NCBI GenBank assembly: GCA_943329105.2
Contig: CALQCP020000001.1
Location: 1-59,132, forward strand
Length of the DNA stretch: 59,132 nt
Reading direction: 5' to 3'
DNA from: Chitinophaga pinensis
Lineage (GTDB): Bacteria > Planctomycetota > Phycisphaerae > Phycisphaerales > SM1A02
A model generated the notes under the pieces. That model ran no database searches. It saw nothing but the letters and a program-made list of their open reading frames with translations, and was not told the DNA's origin. The position numbers and the translations under genes are program-made. Numbering within the stretch: position 1 is the first letter of the stretch; each line of letters starts with the position of its first letter. This document shows, one piece after another, positions 35,425-44,732 of the stretch.

Positions 35425-37425
35425 CTACCGCACCGAGCCGTCGTCGGAGGCGTCTGGAGTGAATGCGCGTAGATCACGCCGCAATCGGAAGTAGTCGCGC
35501 ATGCCGCCAATGACAAACCACACCATGACCGCAGTGCTTGTCACCAAAATCACCCACGTCCACACGTGCCAATAGGCCGACCACTCGGCGTCGGTGACCG
35601 CGGTGCCCTGACTCTTACGCCACACCATCCACGGCGTGCCGATACAGAACAGCAGTGTGAAACAAAGCGGCCAGCTCAGCGTGATCCAAGCAACAAATCG
35701 GTCCCACCCTTTGTACTGACGATCAAATCCAATCTTCTCCCAGAAAGTCGCCGGGGCTTCGTCAAGCGCTGCATCACCATCAGTGCGGTACGCGCCACGA
35801 TGCAGCAATCGGTCCAGATCAAATTGCTTGGTGCCACCCGCGAGGCTCACGGTGACATAGAAGATGCATGAAGCAATCATGGCAATGAAACTGATCACCA
35901 TGCCGGTCAAATTGGCGCGCACCCACTGGCAGCATCCACCCCATGCGTTGAGGACCGCGCCAGCATCCGTAGCGTTCCACCCGTCAACCCACTCCTGCGG
36001 CACGTTGGTGATGATGACTCCCAAGACACACAAGGTCATGCCAACAATCATTCCTGACCACGCGCCAGCGGTCGTACCCCACCGCGTGTACAGGCCGCCG
36101 ATGATCGCAGCTCCACCGCCGGCCACAAAGATGCTGGCACTCATCGCTGCAAACATAGCGATGTAAATACCCGGCTCGTACCACATGCTGAAGCAGAAGG
36201 CGAAGATCGCTACGCCAAGCACCGCCGCCTTCAACAGCAGCAATTGCCCGCGCGCCGACATTGGCTTCTTCCGGAATGGGAGCACCACATCTTGCACAAA
36301 GATGCTTGCCCAGGAGTGCAGATACGCCTCATCGGTACTGATGGCCGCACCCAGCATCGCCGCCACCACCAAGCCAAGAAGACCAGTCGGAAGCATGACT
36401 CCAAGAGCCAATGGCACGCGCATTTCCGACTGCAGTGCCTCGGTTGGCTGCGAAGCAATCAGATCCTTCAGAGGCGCAGCGGCCGCTTCATAGTCGGGGT
36501 GCGTCAGAAAGGCACGCACTGCGAGCGGAATCAATACCGTCACCAACATCAAGGTTCGGTATCGCCAGCCATTCAGCAGTTGACCCATGCGCGCTTCGTG
36601 TGCAGTGCGGGCAGCACTGTTGTAGCCCTGATCGCCCTGCCAAGCGCGACACGCGTAAAAGAGTGTGAAGGCACTGATCAGCCAGAACACCACGCCAAAG
36701 TTCTGCTCGTCCTGCAATCCCAGCGGATTGAGCATGCTCTTTCCAGCGGGGAGCATCATCATTGTCTCTTCCAATTTCAGCCACGGGAACTTGAGCAATA
36801 CCCAGTAGCACACCACCACAAAAGTGCAGAAACAGAACACCCCTTGGAAGAAGTCGGTCACTAGCACTGCGAGCATTCCGCCTGCAAACACCAAGAACAC
36901 GGCGAAGGAAAGAAGCGCCACCATGACCGCCGGGAACGTTGGAAATGTTGCGCCAAGCAGTTCGAAGCGTTCGGGCATACTCAACATTGCCATGAAGAAT
37001 CGCGCGGTCACACCAGGAAAGATCGCATAGTTCAAGATGCCGGAAATAAACGCAACTATGCCACTGAAGATTCGAAAGCGACGCGAGTAACGCATCTCAA
37101 AGAACTGCGCCAACGTCATCGCGCGCGTCTCGCGGAATCGATAGATGACCCAACCGGTCACGGCCAGCAATATGAGCGATGGCCCTTCCATATAGCCCCA
37201 CCAGTACTGGGTGAAGCCAACGTCATAGCCCACTTGGAAATACCACACCAACGTGATCACGCCTACCTGCGCCATGTTGTAGGAGACGGTGAGCAGGTAC
37301 CGCCCTGCCAAGCGATTGGCGCTCAGAAATCCACTCACGGTATTGGCGTGCCGACGCATACTCCACGCCGAAAGCGCCAGCGCCACCAAGAATGCCACCA
37401 CGATGATCCAGTCGAGCAGTTGCAT
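35425..37425 (-). CDS. Sodium:solute symporter family transporter
   Basis: ATG 37425 gives MQLLDWIIVVAFLVALALSAW, a typical SSS start, 1 nt after the GH38 stop. Approximately 13-15 TM helices across 666 aa. Confidence 0.8.
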   Translation of the reverse strand: MQLLDWIIVVAFLVALALSAWSMRRHANTVSGFLSANRLAGRYLLTVSYNMAQVGVITLVWYFQVGYDVGFTQYWWGYMEGPSLILLAVTGWVIYRFRETRAMTLAQFFEMRYSRRFRIFSGIVAFISGILNYAIFPGVTARFFMAMLSMPERFELLGATFPTFPAVMVALLSFAVFLVFAGGMLAVLVTDFFQGVFCFCTFVVVCYWVLLKFPWLKLEETMMMLPAGKSMLNPLGLQDEQNFGVVFWLISAFTLFYACRAWQGDQGYNSAARTAHEARMGQLLNGWRYRTLMLVTVLIPLAVRAFLTHPDYEAAAAPLKDLIASQPTEALQSEMRVPLALGVMLPTGLLGLVVAAMLGAAISTDEAYLHSWASIFVQDVVLPFRKKPMSARGQLLLLKAAVLGVAIFAFCFSMWYEPGIYIAMFAAMSASIFVAGGGAAIIGGLYTRWGTTAGAWSGMIVGMTLCVLGVIITNVPQEWVDGWNATDAGAVLNAWGGCCQWVRANLTGMVISFIAMIASCIFYVTVSLAGGTKQFDLDRLLHRGAYRTDGDAALDEAPATFWEKIGFDRQYKGWDRFVAWITLSWPLCFTLLFCIGTPWMVWRKSQGTAVTDAEWSAYWHVWTWVILVTSTAVMVWFVIGGMRDYFRLRRDLRAFTPDASDDGSVR

Positions 37426-37426
37426 A

Positions 37427-40400
37427 TCAGGAAGCCAGTCCCGCTGACGCAATATCAGCACGAAGCGTGATGATTTGGAACGGACGCACCGCACACCGCG
37501 TGGTGCCGGCGGCCGCGTCGTGCTCGAACCCGTCAATCTCTACTGGCCGCTCAAAGAGATCGGTGGCGCACACGGCGCTCACCGGGAATCCCCAGCGAAT
37601 AGTGGCGACACCAGCACCGCCGCGCACTTCCACCACGCGCAGCGCCATGCCACCCGACTGTTCCGCAGGTTTGAGCGCCGCAATTTCCAGATGCGCTGCA
37701 CCGGTTGCAGCAACGGCGACCGCCTGCCAACCATCAGCCAGACGCGATGAAGGCGCGCCAGCGCGCTCGCCCACACTCCGCACCATCGCGCCCACCAGCG
37801 GATGATTCAATTGCTCAGCGTGGGCATCAACGCCTGCCGCGCGCCAATCGCCACCATGCACCATGACCGAGTAGGTAAATCGATGATGTCCACGATCGGC
37901 GGTTGGATCTGGAAAGTTCGGCGCCTTCAAGAGACTCAGCCCCAAGACGCCATGCTTGGCGCTGCGGCCAAACTTGCCATCATCCAGCACTGCTACACCA
38001 AGCCCCGGCTCGGACATGTCCATCCAATTATGCCCAGGAACCTCAAACTGCGCGCTCTCCCATGAAGTGTTGTCATGGGTGGCGCGTTCGATGTGGCCAA
38101 ACTGAATTCCGAACGTCGCGCGTCGCGCTCGCACCGCGCATGGGAACAGCGCGCGTAGAAGTTTCTGCTCCTCGTGCCACTCAACATCAGTCACCACATC
38201 GACGCGAGGGCTGCCAGCCAGCAGGCGATAGCGCTGCACCAGGCGACTAGCACTACCAAGCGGCCGCTCCACAGTGATCTCTGCTGCAAGCGGCGAACGC
38301 TTCGTCACAGTGATTCGCGCGGCAGCGCTCATCACACGCATGGCCTGCTCTTGATAATCACGATCGGTATCCCACGCTTCCCAGCGACGGGGACGATCCT
38401 CATAGATCACCAATTGATTCATCGGTAACGGATCGCCATGCGAATCGAAGCCGTTGGCGACGCGACCGCTGTCAATGCAACGAAGCTCACCGATGCGCCC
38501 CGCGTCATCAATCGTCACCGAAACCATGCCATTGCGAAGAGTGCGCTCCCCGTCAACATGGACTGTGTCGCGCGCTTCAAGCTGAGCCGGGCGCGCTGGG
38601 TCGATCACTTGGATTCCAAATGCCGGCACACGGATTGCAAGCACGTCGCCTTCCTCTGTTGCCAACGTTCCGCTCTGCGCGGTGGACGCCGGATTGAAGA
38701 CCACCAGTTGCTCAGCTTGCTCCGTGGAATGTGCATCAGTAACGCCACCTGCAACTACCTCACCCAACCACGCCATACCGCCCTGCACTACGCGCAACGC
38801 GTCACGGCGCACCTCGCCGAACTGCTCGCGGGCGTCGTCATACACCTCTTTAATGGAGCTACCCGGAAGGATGTCGTGAAACTGATTCAAGAGCACCGTC
38901 TTCCACGTGCCATCAAGCGTCACGCGCGTTGCCTCCGCACCCGCTGCATCGCCGGTCACACCAGCACGTGCGCACGCCAGCGCCTCGCCAAGCCGCAACA
39001 TGCATTCCGCGCGACGATTCGCTTCTTTGATCCATGCCTGACTGGTGTAGGTGCCGCGATGCAACTCCAGATAGAGCTCACCGTCCCACACCTTGATGTC
39101 TTGGCCATTGCGCCACAATACGCGCTGCGCTTGATGCAAATCCTCGCAGAACGAATGCACACTCTTCTGCTCCACACGCGGCAGACCATCGCAGCGTGCG
39201 CCGATATTGGCGCGCTCAATCTGCTCCGCAGTTGGCCCGCCGCCACCATCGCCATAACCGAACGGCTGCAAGTACATGGGAATGCGCGCGCCGTCCTGTT
39301 CCACCAAGTTCTTCACACCGTACTGGAACTCCTTGGGCTCGATCGCGCTGTTGTAATTGTGACCCGGAGTGAGATGCGTGAGAATCTCCGTGCCGTCAAG
39401 GCCGCGCCAACGGAAAGTCACGTGCGGGAATTTGTTGGTCTCGCACCAACTCATCTTGTTGGTGATGAATGTGTCGAGTCCTGCTTGCGCCATGATTTGC
39501 GGCAAGCTTGCAGGAAATCCGAACGTATCGGGCAGATACAAGAATCGCTGCGGCGCGGCGATCCCAAAGCGCGACTCCCAATATGCGCACCCGTGCAATA
39601 TTTGCCGTACAAAGCTCTCCCCTGACGGGCAAGTGCAATCCGGCTCAATCCACATCGCGCCCGCGGCTTCCCAGCGCCCCTCGGCCACGCGCGCACTGAT
39701 CTCCGCGAAGAGTTCTGGCGACCGTTCCTCCACCCATGCGTACTGCTGCGCCTGGCTGCAAAGAAAGTGAAAGTGCGGGAATCGCTCTTGCAAGCGCAGC
39801 ACATTTGCAAACGTGCGTGTGCACTTGCGCTTGGTTTCAGCAATCGGCCAAAGCCACGCGGTATCAATGTGCGCATGGCCAACCGCATCGCAGACCACCG
39901 GTGTCTGCGCGCCACGGCCCATGAGCAGCGCCGCCAATTCCGGGAAGAGCGAGGAACACGCTCCGTGCATTGCCATCGCATGCGAAGCCTGCGCCGCGCC
40001 GCGTACCGGAATGCGTGCCATGAGCGCCCGCAAGCCGCGGTCCAACTCGTGTGCACGCGCGTCGCTCGCTTCAAGTGTCAGAAGAATCTTGCGTGCCGCA
40101 TCAAAGCCCTGCGCAAATCGCCACACCGCTTCATCCACCACCACCAATTCCGCTGATTCAAGCCGGCCCGGATGTTCTTCGCGCCAGCGCGTCTGTTGCT
40201 CCGCATGGTCCCACCAGAAAGTGCTGATTCCAAGCGGTAGATTGCAGGCGGCTTCAATGAGAAGGTCCAGTTCAACGGACGCGGCGTTCAACGCAGCATT
40301 CGGCACTTCGTTCGGCGCGGCGTTCGACGCAGCGCCCGCCGCAGCCGACGCCGCACCACCAGCCGCCGGCGCACGCTCCCACAAGAACGCTAAATCACGG

Positions 40401-40729
40401 TACGGGTCGAACCCCTGATGCGGCACGCTATCCTTCCACAGGAGCGCCTCCGTCCCCGACGAGAATCGCAAAGCCACTCGCTTGCCCGCCATCGAACGAG
40501 GCAACGAGCCGCGCAGTCGAAACCACGCCGTGCTCCACACCGGGCCCCATCGCCAACCAAGTTTCACTGGTGAATACGTCTGATCGAACGCCACGTCCGG
40601 CGTCACACGATCAGGCGTCTGCCACACCGCAACATCAAGCGGCGCCCGCTCCGGAAATGCAGCCGGCAGGAGGATCTCGGAAACAAAGTTCTCGAAACGA
40701 ATGGCGGCGTATTGCAGGTCGGGGAGCAC
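37427..40729 (-). CDS. GH38 alpha-mannosidase (cytosolic Ams1/MAN2C1-like class), no signal peptide
   Basis: GHAHIDTAWLWP metal/catalytic motif, FLCSQAQQYAWVEE, MWIEPDCTCPSGES. 1100 aa. Confidence 0.9.
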   Translation of the reverse strand: MLPDLQYAAIRFENFVSEILLPAAFPERAPLDVAVWQTPDRVTPDVAFDQTYSPVKLGWRWGPVWSTAWFRLRGSLPRSMAGKRVALRFSSGTEALLWKDSVPHQGFDPYRDLAFLWERAPAAGGAASAAAGAASNAAPNEVPNAALNAASVELDLLIEAACNLPLGISTFWWDHAEQQTRWREEHPGRLESAELVVVDEAVWRFAQGFDAARKILLTLEASDARAHELDRGLRALMARIPVRGAAQASHAMAMHGACSSLFPELAALLMGRGAQTPVVCDAVGHAHIDTAWLWPIAETKRKCTRTFANVLRLQERFPHFHFLCSQAQQYAWVEERSPELFAEISARVAEGRWEAAGAMWIEPDCTCPSGESFVRQILHGCAYWESRFGIAAPQRFLYLPDTFGFPASLPQIMAQAGLDTFITNKMSWCETNKFPHVTFRWRGLDGTEILTHLTPGHNYNSAIEPKEFQYGVKNLVEQDGARIPMYLQPFGYGDGGGGPTAEQIERANIGARCDGLPRVEQKSVHSFCEDLHQAQRVLWRNGQDIKVWDGELYLELHRGTYTSQAWIKEANRRAECMLRLGEALACARAGVTGDAAGAEATRVTLDGTWKTVLLNQFHDILPGSSIKEVYDDAREQFGEVRRDALRVVQGGMAWLGEVVAGGVTDAHSTEQAEQLVVFNPASTAQSGTLATEEGDVLAIRVPAFGIQVIDPARPAQLEARDTVHVDGERTLRNGMVSVTIDDAGRIGELRCIDSGRVANGFDSHGDPLPMNQLVIYEDRPRRWEAWDTDRDYQEQAMRVMSAAARITVTKRSPLAAEITVERPLGSASRLVQRYRLLAGSPRVDVVTDVEWHEEQKLLRALFPCAVRARRATFGIQFGHIERATHDNTSWESAQFEVPGHNWMDMSEPGLGVAVLDDGKFGRSAKHGVLGLSLLKAPNFPDPTADRGHHRFTYSVMVHGGDWRAAGVDAHAEQLNHPLVGAMVRSVGERAGAPSSRLADGWQAVAVAATGAAHLEIAALKPAEQSGGMALRVVEVRGGAGVATIRWGFPVSAVCATDLFERPVEIDGFEHDAAAGTTRCAVRPFQIITLRADIASAGLAS

Positions 40730-40845
40730 GAGTGGAGTCTACGGAACCCGCACCGTCGAGCAGCCCGCTCAAAGATCTGCCATCAGAGACCGCGAGCCCT
40801 GAGATTCCCAACGATCAGCCAGCCCAGGTCCCCATCTACGCCAGA

Positions 40846-41628
40846 TTACGGCGCCCCCGCCGGCTTCTTCTGCGCAGGCGGCTTCTTGCCCGCAGGCTTC
40901 TTCTTGGCAGCAGCAGCCGCCGCTTCCGCAGCAGCAGCAGCCTTCGCTTCCTCGGCGGCCTTCAGTTCAGCGGCCTTCTGCTCAGCCGCAAGGCGAATGG
41001 CTTCCTTATTCACTTCAGCGTTCAGTGCCTCAGCAAGGCGTGCATGCGTGCCAATGATCGGCATCGTCTGCGATGCAAACGGCTTGACGGTTGGATCTGT
41101 GCAATTGTCGTACTGCCAGCGATACATAGCCAAGATCTTCGGGTTCTCATCGGCCATGTACGCCATGTACGCCTTATCGAATTCATCCCCGCTCAGCGCT
41201 TCCAGGCTTGTGACGATCGCCGTGTCATCAGCAGCAATCTCCGTTGGCAGGGTGATTTCCTGCGCAACCGCAATCTTCCCGATGATCACCTGGATAGCCG
41301 TATGGTTGGTCACCATGCGGTGCCCGAAATCCTTCACGGTTTGCTCATCCGCCTTGGCCATCGCCATCGTGCCCAGATTGATCTCCAGCAAGTCCGAAGC
41401 GGCCACCGCCTGAACGAATGCTTCCGGAGTCATCGTATGGTCCAGAACCACTGGTTCAGCAGCAGGGGTCGCGGCAGCGCCAGCAGCGGTGGCATCCGCG
41501 GCCGGTGTGGCATCGGCACCCTGCTCCGGCGTTGTGCCGGACAAGCTGTTGATCATCTTGCAACCAGGCGCTGAACCGATTGCAGCAAGGGCAGCAACGA
41601 CGACAATGGCGAGAGTGCGTGGAAACAT
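40846..41628 (-). CDS. DUF4142-like lipoprotein with Lys/Ala/Pro-rich C-terminal tail
   Basis: ATG 41628 gives MFPRTLAIVVVAALAAIGSAPGC (lipobox). Two ferritin-like helical repeats (EINLGTMAMAKADEQTVKDFGHRMVTNHT; FDKAYMAYMADENPKILAMY) as I remember DUF4142. Tail KKKPAGKKPPAQKKPAGAP. Confidence 0.65.
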   Translation of the reverse strand: MFPRTLAIVVVAALAAIGSAPGCKMINSLSGTTPEQGADATPAADATAAGAAATPAAEPVVLDHTMTPEAFVQAVAASDLLEINLGTMAMAKADEQTVKDFGHRMVTNHTAIQVIIGKIAVAQEITLPTEIAADDTAIVTSLEALSGDEFDKAYMAYMADENPKILAMYRWQYDNCTDPTVKPFASQTMPIIGTHARLAEALNAEVNKEAIRLAAEQKAAELKAAEEAKAAAAAEAAAAAAKKKPAGKKPPAQKKPAGAP

Positions 41629-41687
41629 GTTTGTCATTGGATCAGGTCCGTAAACCGATGATAGAGCCGTTTGCGGTGTGGCTTGCA

Positions 41688-44600
41688 TCAGAAGTTCACT
41701 TGATAAGTCAGTGCGAAGGAAACCGCGATACCGGCCGAATATGAGGAGTTCAACCCGTTGATCCCCTCAGAGGTCCGGTACTCGGTTTGCACATCCGGGT
41801 TCGTGAGGTTGCGCGCATTGATGGAGAACTTCAAACCTTCATAGATCTCTTGCGAAGCGGTGAAATTCAGGGTTCCGTAACCAATCTGATAGATGGCGGG
41901 CGTGAGCAAACTGGTGTGCGGGTTGGCACCGCTGATCAATGAGTCACCCTTCATGGTGTAAAAGATTCCCAGCTGGGTGCCCCAATCGTCATAGTCATAC
42001 GTTGCACTGACATTCATCAAGTAGTCCGGAGTAGCGGTCATTGGCTGCGTGTTCTGTTTCACGCCATACGTGGCCAATGCATCCGAATCTTCTTTGGACA
42101 ACGTTACCTCTGAAGACATGTACGTAAAGTTTGAACCCAAGGCAATGCCACGGAAATTCTCGCCAAACATCGGCTCCAATGTGACGCGCGCCTCAAACTC
42201 CGCTCCAAGCAAAGTGCCCTCGGGAAAGTTCAATGCGCTGGTGTAAGCAAATCCTTCAGTAAATCGATTGACATACTGAATCGGATCAGAAATTGTCTTG
42301 TAGAACAGCGAGCTAGAAATCAGCCAGTTCTCATAGGGAGTCCAGTCCAATCGCAAGTCGTAGTTGTTGAGCGCACTCATCTGCAGCGCCGGATTACCGA
42401 TGAAGATCGGACCTCCGATGTAGTCATACTGCAGCACGGGTACCAGTTCATAGAAGTTGGGCCGCGCCAACGTCTGCGCAAACGCGGAGCGGAAGATCAA
42501 ACCTTCCTGCAAAATCCAGTTGCAGCCCACCATGGGCAGATAGCGATTGGTAGTGAAATCCGCGTCCCAGTCATTGGTACCGGAGAAGTCCCGCAGCTGC
42601 TGCGTATCGGTATCAATCCACAGCGCGTTGCTGTCAGGAAGCACCGTGGTGGACATGTGCGTGCCCTCATAGCGGAGACCGGTGATGATGTTGAAAGTCT
42701 CGCTCACCGGCAAATCAATCATTGCGTACGCGGCCCAAATATCCTGCGTGCCGTCGTATGAAATGTCGGTTTCCGACTGATAGATCGGGTGATCTTGGCT
42801 TGGGAACACCGCACTCCACGGCTCATTGAAGGCGCTGGAATACGAGGTGTTCGGGTCGCCGCCGTTACTGAACGTGTCCTGGCGATAATTGCGCGACACC
42901 AAATCAAGGAACGAGCCAGTCTTGATGTAGCCCTCCCGATCATCCCATTGCGTGAATGGCAACTTCACATTGAAGGAGCCTTGTTTGCTCTCTTCTTCGT
43001 TCTCATAATTGATGTGTTGAACCCAACCAACAAATGCGTTCTGTGCCGGCGGATAGGCAATCCATTGCTGTGGATTCACTACTCCCGGCGCAACTTGGAA
43101 CGCCGGCAGCCAATAAGACGCAAACTGCGTCTGGTCAGGCTGATCCTCACGCGCCTTGCTCAGCGCCAATTTCCAGTCCACCGTTGGGACCAGTAGGTCG
43201 AACACTCCAGACCTTTCACTGTCCTCGCTGCTTGGATCAAGGAAACTGAGTTTGTGCTGCCCACTAAGAATTACCGATTCCGTGCTCAACTGGCTGTAGT
43301 CCAGCGTTTCCAGTCGGTTGTACGGCGCAGCATCCGGCTGATCATGGCCAACGCCAGTGATGTCATCCGGGTTGTAACCAGGGAAGTAATAGTCCTTGCC
43401 GCGCGTATCAATCAAGCGAATTGATTGATTCTCTGAGAGCAACGTGTACAAGAACTTGGCGCCAAGCTTGTGTTCCTCCGTCTCAATGCCAAAAGACCCC
43501 ATTCCTCCCCACTGGATGGAGGACGTTCCTTGCGTGACGTCATACAGTTCGGTCTTGAAATTGTCGCCCGTACCGTACTGCTCAGGCACGATCGCGGTAC
43601 CGGGCCCAGCCTGCTCCAACGAGTTCAGCTGACCGTTGTCGTAGGCCGAAGCATCTTGTTCATAGAAGAAGTTTCCGAACGCGCCGACTTTGACGCCATC
43701 ATCCACTTCCCACGAATTACCAAGCGCGGTCGACCACTTGTAGATCAGCGGCGCTGCACCTTCCTCGGTGGACGTTGGATTGTTGGACCAACTCTCACCG
43801 TTCTGATCCGGATGTGTAGAGAGCACATCGTTGCTCCCCCAGAAGCCAAGGTCACCACCCTTGTAGTTCAGAAACTCGCCGTCCTTCACCTGCGAATTGA
43901 AGCCCACCTGCGTCTGCACGCGGAAGTAGAACTCATCTGGGAAGTCCTTCAGTGAGATGTTGACGGCGCCGCCCGAGGCTTCGCCCTGCTGATCCGGGGT
44001 GAAGTTCTTGCTGACCTGAATGCCTTGAATGACAGCACTCGGGAACTGATCCAGTTTCACAGCGCGCTTATTCGGATCCGCGCTCGGCAAGCGAATGCCA
44101 TCCAACAGCGTTGCCACGTATCGATCAGGTAGCCCGCGAATCACGGCGTACTTGCCATCTTGCAGCGTTGCACCAGGCACCAGGAGCAATGCTGCCGCAG
44201 CATCACCAGCGCCCGAGCGGGTAATCATCTCTACGCCAATGGTGTCAAGCAACTGCGGCGCTTCCAGGCGCAAACTGAACTCAATCGGCGGGATAATGAC
44301 GTACGGCTCAAAGTTGGTGGGGACAACCAAGTCCTGACGCTCTGGCGCATCCTTGCCGAGGTCAACGTCCTGCACCACAAACTCTTCCATGTCTTCAAAC
44401 TCGCCGGCCATGGTGACATCTGCATCCACCAGTTGCCCGGCGGCCACCGGAACATTCGCCTTCACTTCGCGTGTGTATCCGTCCTTGGTGATCACCAGCG
44501 TGTAAGCGCCCGGTGCAATATTTGGCAAGATGTACGAGCCGTTCTCGCGCGTAGTTACTTTGGCCTTCAAGCCGAGCACGCTGACTGTTGCGCCACTGAT

Positions 44601-44732
44601 TGGCGCATTGAACTCCTTGTCGTACACCACGCCGCGAATGGAACCCCCGGCAGGTGCCTGCGCCACCGCCACGCCTGTGACGGAACAAGCCATGACCACT
44701 GACACAATCCCAGCCCTGCTCAGGTTCACCAT
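41688..44732 (-). CDS. TonB-dependent receptor with N-terminal carboxypeptidase-regulatory-like domain (Oar/SusC-like architecture)
   Basis: Signal peptide VVMACSVTGVAVAQA. CarboxypepD_reg-like GSIRGVVYDKEFNAPISGATVSV...GAYTLVITKDGYT. Plug RGLPDRYVATLLDGIRLPS. Long beta-barrel with terminal aromatic residue ...ALTYQVNF. Confidence 0.9.
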   Translation of the reverse strand: MVNLSRAGIVSVVMACSVTGVAVAQAPAGGSIRGVVYDKEFNAPISGATVSVLGLKAKVTTRENGSYILPNIAPGAYTLVITKDGYTREVKANVPVAAGQLVDADVTMAGEFEDMEEFVVQDVDLGKDAPERQDLVVPTNFEPYVIIPPIEFSLRLEAPQLLDTIGVEMITRSGAGDAAAALLLVPGATLQDGKYAVIRGLPDRYVATLLDGIRLPSADPNKRAVKLDQFPSAVIQGIQVSKNFTPDQQGEASGGAVNISLKDFPDEFYFRVQTQVGFNSQVKDGEFLNYKGGDLGFWGSNDVLSTHPDQNGESWSNNPTSTEEGAAPLIYKWSTALGNSWEVDDGVKVGAFGNFFYEQDASAYDNGQLNSLEQAGPGTAIVPEQYGTGDNFKTELYDVTQGTSSIQWGGMGSFGIETEEHKLGAKFLYTLLSENQSIRLIDTRGKDYYFPGYNPDDITGVGHDQPDAAPYNRLETLDYSQLSTESVILSGQHKLSFLDPSSEDSERSGVFDLLVPTVDWKLALSKAREDQPDQTQFASYWLPAFQVAPGVVNPQQWIAYPPAQNAFVGWVQHINYENEEESKQGSFNVKLPFTQWDDREGYIKTGSFLDLVSRNYRQDTFSNGGDPNTSYSSAFNEPWSAVFPSQDHPIYQSETDISYDGTQDIWAAYAMIDLPVSETFNIITGLRYEGTHMSTTVLPDSNALWIDTDTQQLRDFSGTNDWDADFTTNRYLPMVGCNWILQEGLIFRSAFAQTLARPNFYELVPVLQYDYIGGPIFIGNPALQMSALNNYDLRLDWTPYENWLISSSLFYKTISDPIQYVNRFTEGFAYTSALNFPEGTLLGAEFEARVTLEPMFGENFRGIALGSNFTYMSSEVTLSKEDSDALATYGVKQNTQPMTATPDYLMNVSATYDYDDWGTQLGIFYTMKGDSLISGANPHTSLLTPAIYQIGYGTLNFTASQEIYEGLKFSINARNLTNPDVQTEYRTSEGINGLNSSYSAGIAVSFALTYQVNF

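Noticed and set aside
38438-39625. 395 aa + strand ORF inside the GH38 gene
   Set aside because: It is a shadow ORF opposite a gene with unmistakable GH38 motifs. The translation is Arg/His/Leu-rich nonsense.
40570-41574. Long + strand ORFs (334 aa at 40570-41574, and 233 aa at 40712-41413) opposite the DUF4142-like gene
   Set aside because: Their translations are low-complexity and R/L/S/A-rich, with no motifs. They lie fully antisense to a gene that has a lipobox and recognisable helical repeats, so they are typical GC-rich shadow ORFs.
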